The notes beneath the pieces were generated by a model. The model was given only the letters and a program-made list of their open reading frames with translations, made no database searches and had not been told where the DNA came from. This document shows positions 15,862-24,046 of a stretch of 64,000 bases of DNA, piece after piece. Every line of letters begins with the position of its first letter. Positions within the stretch are counted from its first letter, which is position 1. The position numbers and the translations under genes are program-made. The DNA is from Candidatus Stahliibacteriota bacterium (GTDB lineage: Bacteria; Hydrothermota; Tepidihabitantia; B3-TA06). The stretch is from assembly GCA_004375895.1 (NCBI GenBank), contig SOJW01000020.1:1170-65169 (forward strand). The letters are read 5' to 3'.

Positions 15862-16710
15862 CTATCCCGTGGTCCCCGATTGAGCACTTCGTGTTCGGTC
15901 TGGGTGATTACCCTTGCGGCGCCGTAATGGGGAGATAGCAAGGGAGAGGAGGAAGACGGCCGTTCCCAGAATCACAATCGTTGCACCCGATGGGATATCG
16001 ATCCAGTAGGAGATTGCGAGCCCGCTCACTGTGTAGGCAAGGCCGAAGAGCGCTGAAAGCGCAAGCACCCGGCCGTAACGCTCCGACCACTGAAGTGCTG
16101 TAGCCGCGGGCAGCACAAGTAGTGCCGAGACGAGGATTATCCCCACGAGCTTGATGGCTGAAACGATCCCCAGGGAGACCAGTCCCAGGAGAAGATAGAA
16201 CAAAAATCCCTCGGGTATACCCGACGCGCGAGCAAGCTCGGCATCAAAGCTTGAGGCAAGAAGCTCCTTGAAGAAGAGGGCAAGCAGGACGAGAATGAGG
16301 AATGCTGCGGCGGCAATAATCCAGAGATCTGTAGGGGTAACCGCCAGAATCGAGCCGAACAGGTAGCTTGCAAGGTCAGTGATGTAGCCCGGTTTAAGGG
16401 AGAGAAAAAGCACCCCCAGAGCCATGCCTGCGGCAAAAAAAATGCCGATCGCCGTGTCCTCCTTGATCCTTCCACGGCGGGTTACCGCACCTATGCCAAG
16501 ACCGGCGGCCACGGAGAATACCGAGGCGGAAAGAAAGACAGGAATACCTAAAAGATGTCCCAGGGCCACACCACCGAACGCGGCGTGAGCGATACCCACC
16601 CCGATGAAGCTCATCCTGCGAAGAACCACGAAGAACCCCAACACGGAAAGCAGGATCGAGACCAGCACCCCGGCGATCAGTGCTCGCTGCATGAACGCAG
16701 CCTGGAACAC
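15862..16710 (-). CDS. Metal (Zn/Mn) ABC transporter permease, ZnuB/TroC-type
   Basis: FMQRALIAGVLVSILLSVLGFFVVLRRMSFIGVGIAHAAFGG; multipass; start overlaps the upstream stop. Confidence 0.85.
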   Translation of the reverse strand: MFQAAFMQRALIAGVLVSILLSVLGFFVVLRRMSFIGVGIAHAAFGGVALGHLLGIPVFLSASVFSVAAGLGIGAVTRRGRIKEDTAIGIFFAAGMALGVLFLSLKPGYITDLASYLFGSILAVTPTDLWIIAAAAFLILVLLALFFKELLASSFDAELARASGIPEGFLFYLLLGLVSLGIVSAIKLVGIILVSALLVLPAATALQWSERYGRVLALSALFGLAYTVSGLAISYWIDIPSGATIVILGTAVFLLSLAISPLRRRKGNHPDRTRSAQSGTTG

Positions 16711-17558
16711 TATTTCTTCCCCTTCTCCGATTTTGGTGTGTTACGGGTGTTACGGGTGTTACGGGTACGGGCGGGGTCCCCCCGCGAAGGCTTCGCCTTC
16801 GCGGGGGGTTCAACCATCCGGTGGGGTACCTTTCCGTGGAAGATCGCCTCCATCTGGGTCCCGTATAACCGCTGGAAATGCTCCTCATCCCAGATCTCGG
16901 AGGGACAAGCGTGCAGATGCACACTCTTCGCCACGCAGGCCACATCGTCAACGAAACTCGGCACCACCACAAGATCGTGGCTTGCCACCAGTATGGTGAG
17001 GGAAAGTTCCTCCTTCAACTCGCGGATAAGGGAATAGAAGCGGTCCTTTGCCTCAACGTCCGCGCCTGAGGTGGGTTCGTCGAGCAGGATAAGCTTCGGC
17101 TCACCAACAAGCGCACGGGCGATGGCCACGCGCTGCTTCTGCCCGCCGGATAGTGCCCCTACCGGACGGATGGCCACATCCCTAAGCCCCACGCGAGCAA
17201 GCATAGTAAGTGCGATCTCGCGGTCGTGCCTGCCCGCTCGTCTTATGAGACCTAAAGCCGGGTACCGTCCCATGAGCACCACATCCAGGGCACTCACAGG
17301 GAAGCGCCAGTCAACCACGCTCTCCTGGGGAACGTAACCTATCCTGGCGCGCTTGAGATCATAGTAACGCACCCTTCCCTGGGTAGGCTTGATAAGGCCT
17401 GCTATCACCTTGAGAAGCGTTGTCTTCCCGCCCCCGTTCGGGCCTATGAGCGCCGTAGATGAGCCCGCCGTTATCTGGATGTTCACATCATGAAGAGCCG
17501 TGAGCTCTTGAAAGCGTACGCTGACGTCCTCAAGGCTAACCAGGATTTTGGAACTCAC
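16710..17558 (-). CDS. Metal ABC transporter ATP-binding protein (ZnuC/TroB-type) with repeat-encoded C-terminal extension
   Basis: Walker A GPNGGGKTT, signature LSGGQKQR, Walker B LILLDEP; tail EPPAKAKPSRGDPARTRNTRNTRNTPKSEKGKK is encoded by the hairpin + GTGTTACGG array. Confidence 0.85.
   Translation of the reverse strand: MSSKILVSLEDVSVRFQELTALHDVNIQITAGSSTALIGPNGGGKTTLLKVIAGLIKPTQGRVRYYDLKRARIGYVPQESVVDWRFPVSALDVVLMGRYPALGLIRRAGRHDREIALTMLARVGLRDVAIRPVGALSGGQKQRVAIARALVGEPKLILLDEPTSGADVEAKDRFYSLIRELKEELSLTILVASHDLVVVPSFVDDVACVAKSVHLHACPSEIWDEEHFQRLYGTQMEAIFHGKVPHRMVEPPAKAKPSRGDPARTRNTRNTRNTPKSEKGKK
16736..16808 (+). repeat. GTGTTACGG array + GC hairpin element, copy 1
   Basis: gtgttacgg x3 + gtacggg, then ccccccgcgaaggcttcgccttcgcgggggg; lies inside the znuC-like 3' end. 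Confidence 0.85.
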
Positions 17559-18445
17559 CTGCCCCCCATAGCCTCTGAAAGTACCGCCAGGTTGCGATCC
17601 ATTAGCTTGATGTAGGATTCATTCTGCTTGCCCAATGGGTCCAAGAAGAGCACCTCAACGCCTGCCTCTTTTGCGATAACCTGAGCCGCCTTGGGCGAGA
17701 GCTGGGGCTCGGCAAAAACCGCGCGTGCACCGGTCTTCTTGATAGACTCGATCACCTCCTGTAGGTGTCTCGGAGTAGGTTCCTTGCCTGGCGAGGAGAC
17801 GATTACGGCAACGCGTTCAAGACTGTAACGTAAGGCGAAGTAGATCCAGGCGGGATGCAAGGAGACGTACTTTTTTGAGCCGAACTCGGCTACCGCGGCC
17901 TCGATGCGAATATGAAGCGAGTCAAGCTCCGTGAGGTACCGATCCCTCTCTTTTTCATAGACCGCCTGGGCCCGAGGATCGATGCGCCCTAATTCCTCGG
18001 CTATGGCGGAGCAGATAATCTTGGCGTAGGCAGGATCAAGCCAGATGTGGGGATTGGCGCTGTGGTGGGGGTGAGCTTCACCTTGATTCTCGGTGATTAA
18101 TTCTATCCCTTCAAGCTCGGCAGCGGTGATAACCGGAGCACCCTCGGGCAAGAGTCCGTGGATCCAGCGATCGGCGTCAAGACCGATGCGGACCACAAGA
18201 TCGGCCTGGGCCGCTGCTCTGGCCTGGGAGGGTGTGGGCTCAAAGGTGTGAGGTGATGCCCCCGGAGAAAGCAGCGTGGTAACCTGGACCCGGTCGCCGC
18301 CCACCTGCCTGGCGAAAGCCGCAAGGACGGGTATTGTAACAACCACCTTGACCTTGTCGGTTGAGGGTTTAGATGGCTTGTTCTTGCAATGGATCAAACC
18401 GAAGATACTCAACAGGACGCTCGCAAGAGCCACTGCACGCCTCAT
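17555..18445 (-). CDS. Metal ABC transporter substrate-binding lipoprotein (ZnuA/TroA-type)
   Basis: Signal/lipobox ...FGLIHC; SPGASPHTFEPTP and HIWLDP metal-binding motifs. Confidence 0.85.
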   Translation of the reverse strand: MRRAVALASVLLSIFGLIHCKNKPSKPSTDKVKVVVTIPVLAAFARQVGGDRVQVTTLLSPGASPHTFEPTPSQARAAAQADLVVRIGLDADRWIHGLLPEGAPVITAAELEGIELITENQGEAHPHHSANPHIWLDPAYAKIICSAIAEELGRIDPRAQAVYEKERDRYLTELDSLHIRIEAAVAEFGSKKYVSLHPAWIYFALRYSLERVAVIVSSPGKEPTPRHLQEVIESIKKTGARAVFAEPQLSPKAAQVIAKEAGVEVLFLDPLGKQNESYIKLMDRNLAVLSEAMGGR

Positions 18446-18472
18446 GAATCCTCCTTGTTCTCTTGGCTAATA

Positions 18473-18500
18473 GAATTAGGAAGAGAAAGCGAAATGTCAA
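18473..18500 (-). promoter_or_regulatory. Putative promoter of the metal-uptake operon with overlapping CTAATtctATTAG palindrome
   Basis: Minus strand TTGACA-16 nt-TAATTC; AAGGAGG SD before ATG 18445. Confidence 0.4.
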
Positions 18501-18522
18501 GCCAGATTTTGCTCCTTTTTGA

Positions 18523-18560
18523 ATGCTCCTTTCGTTGCTACGCAACGAAAGTTCGCAGAA
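18523..18560 (+). repeat. ATGCTCCTTT-hairpin-AAAGTTCGCAGAA element copy (plus orientation)
   Basis: atgctcctttcgttgctacgcaacgaaagttcgcagaa. Confidence 0.75.
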
Positions 18561-18600
18561 AAGAGAGAAGGCCGACCTTGGGGTCAAAAGATCGCAAGCA

Positions 18601-18631
18601 AAGAAAAGAGACCGACTTAAAATCGGCCTCC
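18601..18631 (-). terminator. Rho-independent terminator after the EF-G paralogue
   Basis: Minus strand GAGGCCGAttttaagTCGGTCTC followed by TTTTCTTT. Confidence 0.6.
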
Positions 18632-18640
18632 ACAGATTCA

Positions 18641-18677
18641 TTCTGCGATCTTTTCCCCTTCTAGGGGAAAAGGAGCA
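18641..18677 (-). repeat. AATTAATGCTCCTTTT-hairpin-AAAAGATCGCAGAA element copy abutting a stop codon
   Basis: Minus strand (AAT TAA)TGCTCCTTTTCCCCtagaaGGGGAAAAGATCGCAGAA; the TAA is the EF-G paralogue stop. Confidence 0.8.
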
Positions 18678-20756
18678 TTAATTCTCTTTAGCCTTTTTCG
18701 CTTCCTCGATGACCTTGGCCGAGAGCTCACGAGGCACCGGCTCGTAGTGATCGAATGTCGCGGTGAAGAACCCGCGTCCCTGGGTTACCGATCTGAGAGT
18801 CGTCGCGTACTTGTACATCTCCGCCTCGGGCACTAAAGCCTTGATCACCTGGTTGCGACCCACCGAGTCCATGCCCTGTATCTTTCCCCGCCGGGAGTTC
18901 AAATCGCCTATAACGTCGCCCATGAACTCCTCGGGAACGGTTACTTCGACGGTCAGGATGGGTTCAAGCAGTATGGGTTTTGCCTTCTCACAAGCAGCGC
19001 GGAACGCTATCTGCGCGGCCAGCTTGAAGGCGATATCCGATGAGTCCACTTGGTGAAAGCTTCCGTCGTAGACCGTGGCCTTGAGGTCAACCATCGGGTA
19101 GCCGGCCAAAAAGCCCTGTGCAACGGTCTCGCGCACACCCTTCTCCACGGACGGGATGAACTTGGAGGGGATGGCGCCGCCGAAGATCTCCGAGGCGAAC
19201 TCCGCCCCTGACCCCAAGGACAGAGGCTCCAGGCGAAGGAACACGTCGCCGAACTGACCGCGACCGCCGGTCTGCTTCTTGTGACGTCCCCGGGCGGTCG
19301 CCTCTAGGGTGACGGTCTCGCGATAGGGGATGCGCGGCTTGCGGGTATCCACCGAAACCCCGAACTTCTTCTTGAGCTTGGACAGGATGACGTCGAGATG
19401 CAGCTCGCCCATGCCTGAAATAAGCTGCTGCTTGAGTTCGGGGTCAAACCGGTAGACGAAGGTGGGGTCCTCGTCGTGCAACCTGGCGAGCGCATTGGAG
19501 ACCTTTTCCTCGTCGCCCTTGGACTGGGGCACGATAGCCACCGAGATGGGCGGGTTGGGAAACTCCATCTTGCCCATGGAGTGAGCCGCCTTGGAGGAGA
19601 GGGTGTCTCCAGTGCCGGTGGACTTCAATTTAACCAGACCGCCTATCATGCCGCAGGAAAGTTTACCGATCTCGGAGCGCTCGCGGCCCTGGATGGAAAG
19701 GATCTGTCCGATACGTTCCGAGGAGCCCTGATCGGTGTTCTTAAGGGTGGAGCCGGATGCAATCTCGCCAGAGAAGACACGAACGTAGAGCAGATCACCC
19801 AGATGAGGGTCGGAGACGGTCTTGAAAACGTAGGCCAGCGCGTCGCCCGCGGGATGGGGAGCGATTTCCTTCTCTTCACCACCTTCCTGCACCTTTAGTG
19901 GAAGTATCTCAAGGGGCGAGGGGAATAAGGAGGCCGCGAACTCGATGAAGGGCTTCACACCGACGAGAGAGAGCGCGTCTCCAGCGAACAGAGGATAGGC
20001 TGCCCCCTCGGCGATACCCTTCCTGAGCACCGGGGTAAGCTGCTCCACCGTTGGGATGTTACCTTCGAGATAGGACTCCAAGAGGTCCTCATCCAGCTCG
20101 ACAATAGCCTCTATGAGCTTCTCGCGGTAGGTTCCCACGTCGCCTTTGACGTCGGCAGGGATCGGAGCCTCCTCGGTCTTGCCGTCCTTGGTCACATAGG
20201 CCTTTTCGTTGAGGAGATCTACCACCCCGGAAAGGCTTGAGCCTGAACCTATGGGTATAGTTATCGGCGCAACCGAGGTCCCGTATGCATCAACCATTTG
20301 GCTATAGTCGGAGGCAAAGTCGGTATCCTCCTTGCCCAGCTTGTTTATAAAGAGCGCCTTGCTCTTTTTTTCTTCGGCAAGACGTTCCCAGCTCATCTCG
20401 GTGCCCACCCCGATGCCTTCGGCAGCATCTATCACCACTACACCAAGATCAACCGCGCGGGCACCGGAGATCATCTCGCCCACAAAATCCGCATAGCCCG
20501 GGGTGTCAACCATGTTAAAGATGGTGCCTGCATGCTCGCACGAAGCAAGGGCAAGGTTGAGACTGATCTTTCTCTCTATCTCGGCCTCGTCGAAGTCGAA
20601 GATCGAGGTGCCTGCGTCCACCTTGCCCTGTCTGGAGTTGGCACCGGTGAGGTAAAGGACAGCGTCGGCCAGACTGGTCTTTCCCGAGCCGCCGTGTCCG
20701 AAGAATCCAAAGGTCCTTATCTTCTTAGGATCGTTCACCAAACCTCCTTCAGACAA
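18678..20756 (-). CDS. Elongation factor G paralogue (EF-G2-type)
   Basis: Five-domain EF-G architecture; G1 GHGGSGKTS instead of AHIDAGKTT; DTPGYADF G3. Confidence 0.85.
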   Translation of the reverse strand: MSEGGLVNDPKKIRTFGFFGHGGSGKTSLADAVLYLTGANSRQGKVDAGTSIFDFDEAEIERKISLNLALASCEHAGTIFNMVDTPGYADFVGEMISGARAVDLGVVVIDAAEGIGVGTEMSWERLAEEKKSKALFINKLGKEDTDFASDYSQMVDAYGTSVAPITIPIGSGSSLSGVVDLLNEKAYVTKDGKTEEAPIPADVKGDVGTYREKLIEAIVELDEDLLESYLEGNIPTVEQLTPVLRKGIAEGAAYPLFAGDALSLVGVKPFIEFAASLFPSPLEILPLKVQEGGEEKEIAPHPAGDALAYVFKTVSDPHLGDLLYVRVFSGEIASGSTLKNTDQGSSERIGQILSIQGRERSEIGKLSCGMIGGLVKLKSTGTGDTLSSKAAHSMGKMEFPNPPISVAIVPQSKGDEEKVSNALARLHDEDPTFVYRFDPELKQQLISGMGELHLDVILSKLKKKFGVSVDTRKPRIPYRETVTLEATARGRHKKQTGGRGQFGDVFLRLEPLSLGSGAEFASEIFGGAIPSKFIPSVEKGVRETVAQGFLAGYPMVDLKATVYDGSFHQVDSSDIAFKLAAQIAFRAACEKAKPILLEPILTVEVTVPEEFMGDVIGDLNSRRGKIQGMDSVGRNQVIKALVPEAEMYKYATTLRSVTQGRGFFTATFDHYEPVPRELSAKVIEEAKKAKEN

Positions 20757-21807
20757 ACTTGGTAATCTCAGAAAGCTTTTTGGAGTCCAGGCGTTGGGTA
20801 ACAGCCTTCATCAAGTTAAGGAGAGCTGAGTAGTCCTCCTCATAGATTGCCGAGACGTGTGAGTGGATGTAGCGCGATGGCAAACCCAGTGCTATGGAGG
20901 GGACGCCGATCTTTGAGATGTGTATAGCACCGGTGTCGTAGCCGCCGTGAAGGGATGTCAGGTGATACTTGATGCCCTCGGCCTCTGCAACCTCGCACAC
21001 GAAATCGCGCAAGGCTACGTTAGGTATCATGGTTGAGTCGTGAACAAGCACTGCGGCTCCTGCCCCGAACTTCTCTACCGCGTCGGAATCGGCACCAGGG
21101 GTGTCTGAGGAAAGCGATACGTCTATGGCGAACGCCACATCAGGCTCAACCAGACCGGCGACGGTTCGAGCGCCGCGAAGCCCTACCTCCTCCTGAACGG
21201 TCCCGGCCAGATAGAGCCTTGAGGGATGTTTTGGAAGATCGTTGGCTAATTCGGCGAGCACCGCACATCCCACCCGGTCGTCCCACGCCTTGGCCGCCAG
21301 TACCCCGTTGGCAAGCGGTCGGAAATCCCCGACCGGTACGATAGGGTCGCCGGGGCGCACACCTGCATCGGCTGCCCCCTTCTCTCCGACCACACCAAGG
21401 TCTATGAAGAGCTCGTCTATCTCTGGAGGCTTCTTTCGTTCGTCCTCCTTCATGGCGTGCGGTGGTTTGGAGCCTATGATCCCTTCGAAATCACCCTTGC
21501 GGGTGCGCACATTGACCCGCTGGCTTAAAAGCACCTGCGGCCACCAGCCGCCTATGGGCAGGAAGCGGATGTAGCCTTCCTTGGTGATGTGCTTGACCAT
21601 GAACCCGACCTCGTCCATGTGGGCGGCGAGGAGGATCTTAGGGCCTTTCGCCTCGCCCTCATGTGAGGCGACTACCGAGCCGAGCCGGTCGGTGGATACA
21701 CTCATAGGGCCTGAAAAGTGCCCCGCCATGATAGCACGAACGTCGCCCTCGTAACCGGAAGGCCCAAAAGCCTCGGTCAACTCTGCAAACATCGCGTGTC
21801 TTTCCAC
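20749..21807 (-). CDS. M42-family aminopeptidase (FrvX/CelM-type)
   Basis: LTEAFGPSGYE..., HMDEVGFMV, VQEEVGLRGA. Confidence 0.85.
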   Translation of the reverse strand: MERHAMFAELTEAFGPSGYEGDVRAIMAGHFSGPMSVSTDRLGSVVASHEGEAKGPKILLAAHMDEVGFMVKHITKEGYIRFLPIGGWWPQVLLSQRVNVRTRKGDFEGIIGSKPPHAMKEDERKKPPEIDELFIDLGVVGEKGAADAGVRPGDPIVPVGDFRPLANGVLAAKAWDDRVGCAVLAELANDLPKHPSRLYLAGTVQEEVGLRGARTVAGLVEPDVAFAIDVSLSSDTPGADSDAVEKFGAGAAVLVHDSTMIPNVALRDFVCEVAEAEGIKYHLTSLHGGYDTGAIHISKIGVPSIALGLPSRYIHSHVSAIYEEDYSALLNLMKAVTQRLDSKKLSEITKFV

Positions 21808-21815
21808 AAATCCTC

Positions 21816-23711
21816 CTAGATGTCCAGATTCTCAACAAACTGTGCGTTTTTTTCTATGAACTCCCGTCGCGGCGCGACCTCCGAGCCCATGAGCACCGAA
21901 AAGACCTTGTGAGCCTCGGCCGCATCCGCCACGCTGACCTTCTTTAAGATGCGCTTCTCCGGATTCATGGTAGTCTCCCACAGCTGCTCCGGATTCATCT
22001 CACCCAGTCCCTTAAATCGCTGCACCTCCAGACGCTCCGGATGGGATTCACCCTTACGGAACGCCTCAAGCTCCTCCTCGGAGTAAAGGTAGACCTCCTT
22101 CTTTCCCTTTTTTATTCGGTAAAGCGGTGGCTGCGCGATGTAGATCATTCCGTTCTCTATAAGATCGCGCATGTGCCGGTAGAAAAGGGTTAAAAGCAGT
22201 GTTCGGATGTGCGAGCCGTCCACGTCCGCATCGGCCATGATGATGATCTTGGAGTATCGCACCCGTGAATCGTCGAAGCTCTCCTCACCGAAGCCCGTCC
22301 CCACCGAGCTGATGATGGCCTTTATCTCCGTATTGGCCAGTATCTTATTAAGCCCGGACTTCTCCACGTTGAGTATCTTTCCGCGCAGGGCAAGCACGGC
22401 CTGGAAGCGGCGGTCGCGTCCTTGCTTGGCCGAGCCGCCTGCCGAGTTTCCCTCGACTATGAAGAGCTCGCACTCATCTGGATTGTCGGACGAGCAGTCG
22501 GCAAGCTTGCCCGGCAGGGTGTCGGAGGCTAAAAGGCTCTTCTTTCGTTCGAGTTCGCGCGCTTTACGCGCCGCCTCTCGCAAGCGCGCCGCTGCAGTTG
22601 TCTTCTGAAGGATGAGATTTAAAACCCGCGGCTGCTCATCGAAGTGACTGGATAGTCCCTCCGAAACTATGGATTCTACTACTCCTCGCACCTCGCTGTT
22701 GCCAAGCTTTGTCTTTGTCTGCCCCTCAAACTGGGGGTTGCGCATCCGCACCGAGATTATCGCCGTAAGCCCCTCACGAACGTCCTCACCGGTAAGATCG
22801 ATGGCCTTGCCCTTGGAGTTGGATTTGCGCGCGGCCTCGTTTAAGGTCTTTGTTAGCGCCGCCTTGAAACCCACAAGATGCGTTCCCCCCTCATGGGTGT
22901 TGATGGTGTTGACAAAGGTAACGATGTTCTCGGCGAAGCTGTCTGTGTACTCGATGGCAGTCTCCACCTCGATCCCGTTGCGCGAATCCTTGAAGTATAA
23001 AGGTTTGTGAAGCCTGATGCGCCCCTGATCAAGGTAGGCCAAAAAGTCTACGATGCCCCGCTTGAAGGCAAAGACCTGCTCTGTTCCCTTGACCTTATCC
23101 GCAAGCTTGATAGCGAGATCAGGATTAAGATAGGCGACCTCACGCAGCCGGGTGGCGATGATCTCAGGATTGAAGCTGGTGCGTTTGAAGATGGTAGGAT
23201 CAGGGATAAAGGTCGTCTTCGTGCCGGTCTTCTTCGTATTGCCCTTGATTTGTATCGGCCCTGTGGTTACCCCCTTCTCGTAGGACTGAACATAGATCTT
23301 GCCCTGGCGGTAAATCTCCACCTCCATCCACTGTGAAAGCGCGTTCACCACCGACGCACCCACCCCGTGCAGACCGCCGGAGATGGTGTATACCTTGCCC
23401 GAGAACTTGGCCCCGGCGTGAAGAAGGGTCATAACTACCTCAAGACCGGGAAGACCCAGTTCAGGATGAATATCAACAGGGATACCGCGCCCGTCATCCT
23501 CAATGGAGATCTTGTCAGGCTCCTGGAGGGTAACGGTTATGTGCTTGCATACCCCGGCCATAGCCTCGTCTATAGAGTTGTCGACGATCTCTACAACCAG
23601 ATGGTGCAGACCTCGCACACCCACGTCGCCGATGTACATGGCCGGACGACGCCTGACTCCCTCCAGTCCCTTCAAGACTTGAATCTTTGATGAATCGTAG
23701 CGTTCTGTCAT
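21816..23711 (-). CDS. gyrB: DNA gyrase subunit B
   Basis: GLEGVRRRPAMYIGD, HHLVVEIVDNSIDEA, EGNSAGGSAKQGRDR, PLRGKILNVE. Confidence 0.95.
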   Translation of the reverse strand: MTERYDSSKIQVLKGLEGVRRRPAMYIGDVGVRGLHHLVVEIVDNSIDEAMAGVCKHITVTLQEPDKISIEDDGRGIPVDIHPELGLPGLEVVMTLLHAGAKFSGKVYTISGGLHGVGASVVNALSQWMEVEIYRQGKIYVQSYEKGVTTGPIQIKGNTKKTGTKTTFIPDPTIFKRTSFNPEIIATRLREVAYLNPDLAIKLADKVKGTEQVFAFKRGIVDFLAYLDQGRIRLHKPLYFKDSRNGIEVETAIEYTDSFAENIVTFVNTINTHEGGTHLVGFKAALTKTLNEAARKSNSKGKAIDLTGEDVREGLTAIISVRMRNPQFEGQTKTKLGNSEVRGVVESIVSEGLSSHFDEQPRVLNLILQKTTAAARLREAARKARELERKKSLLASDTLPGKLADCSSDNPDECELFIVEGNSAGGSAKQGRDRRFQAVLALRGKILNVEKSGLNKILANTEIKAIISSVGTGFGEESFDDSRVRYSKIIIMADADVDGSHIRTLLLTLFYRHMRDLIENGMIYIAQPPLYRIKKGKKEVYLYSEEELEAFRKGESHPERLEVQRFKGLGEMNPEQLWETTMNPEKRILKKVSVADAAEAHKVFSVLMGSEVAPRREFIEKNAQFVENLDI

Positions 23712-24046
23712 CTCTTCCTCTTAAAACTCCGAGTCTTAGGAACTCCGATTTGAAATCTGATTCCCTTCACCACCTCCTTCCCCAACTTCTCGTTGATGCT
23801 CTGGATCAACTTCTCCTTTAAAGCACTAAGCTCGGTGAGCCAGACATTGGTTGGCACTGCAACATAAAGTATACCCGATTTTATCCCCAATGCAACACAT
23901 CTTTTAGCGATCCCTGGTCCTGCGGCCTTGGGCCAAACCTTACAAGCATCATAGGAGGCAAGCCGCTTGCCCAGCCGTCCTTTGATGACCCGCTGCAGCG
24001 CCTGCCCCAGGTCCTCAAACCGGCCTGATCTTTCCTTGCCTGACAT
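23708..24046 (-). CDS. DUF721 (DciA-like) protein
   Basis: Internal Met MSGKERSG...; classic recF-DUF721-gyrB position; the upstream 127 codons of the ORF overlap recF and are discounted. Confidence 0.65.
   Translation of the reverse strand: MSGKERSGRFEDLGQALQRVIKGRLGKRLASYDACKVWPKAAGPGIAKRCVALGIKSGILYVAVPTNVWLTELSALKEKLIQSINEKLGKEVVKGIRFQIGVPKTRSFKRKR

Noticed and set aside
16736-16771. GTGTTACGG arrays as a CRISPR array
   Set aside because: The units are 7-9 nt and contiguous, with no spacers. No cas genes are present, and copies are scattered singly.
16394-17037. ORFs 16394..16972 (-), 16555..17037 (+) and 16604..16999 (+) across the ABC ATPase/permease junction
   Set aside because: These are alternative frames of bona fide transporter genes and the repeat element. 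Their translations are Arg/Pro-rich nonsense.
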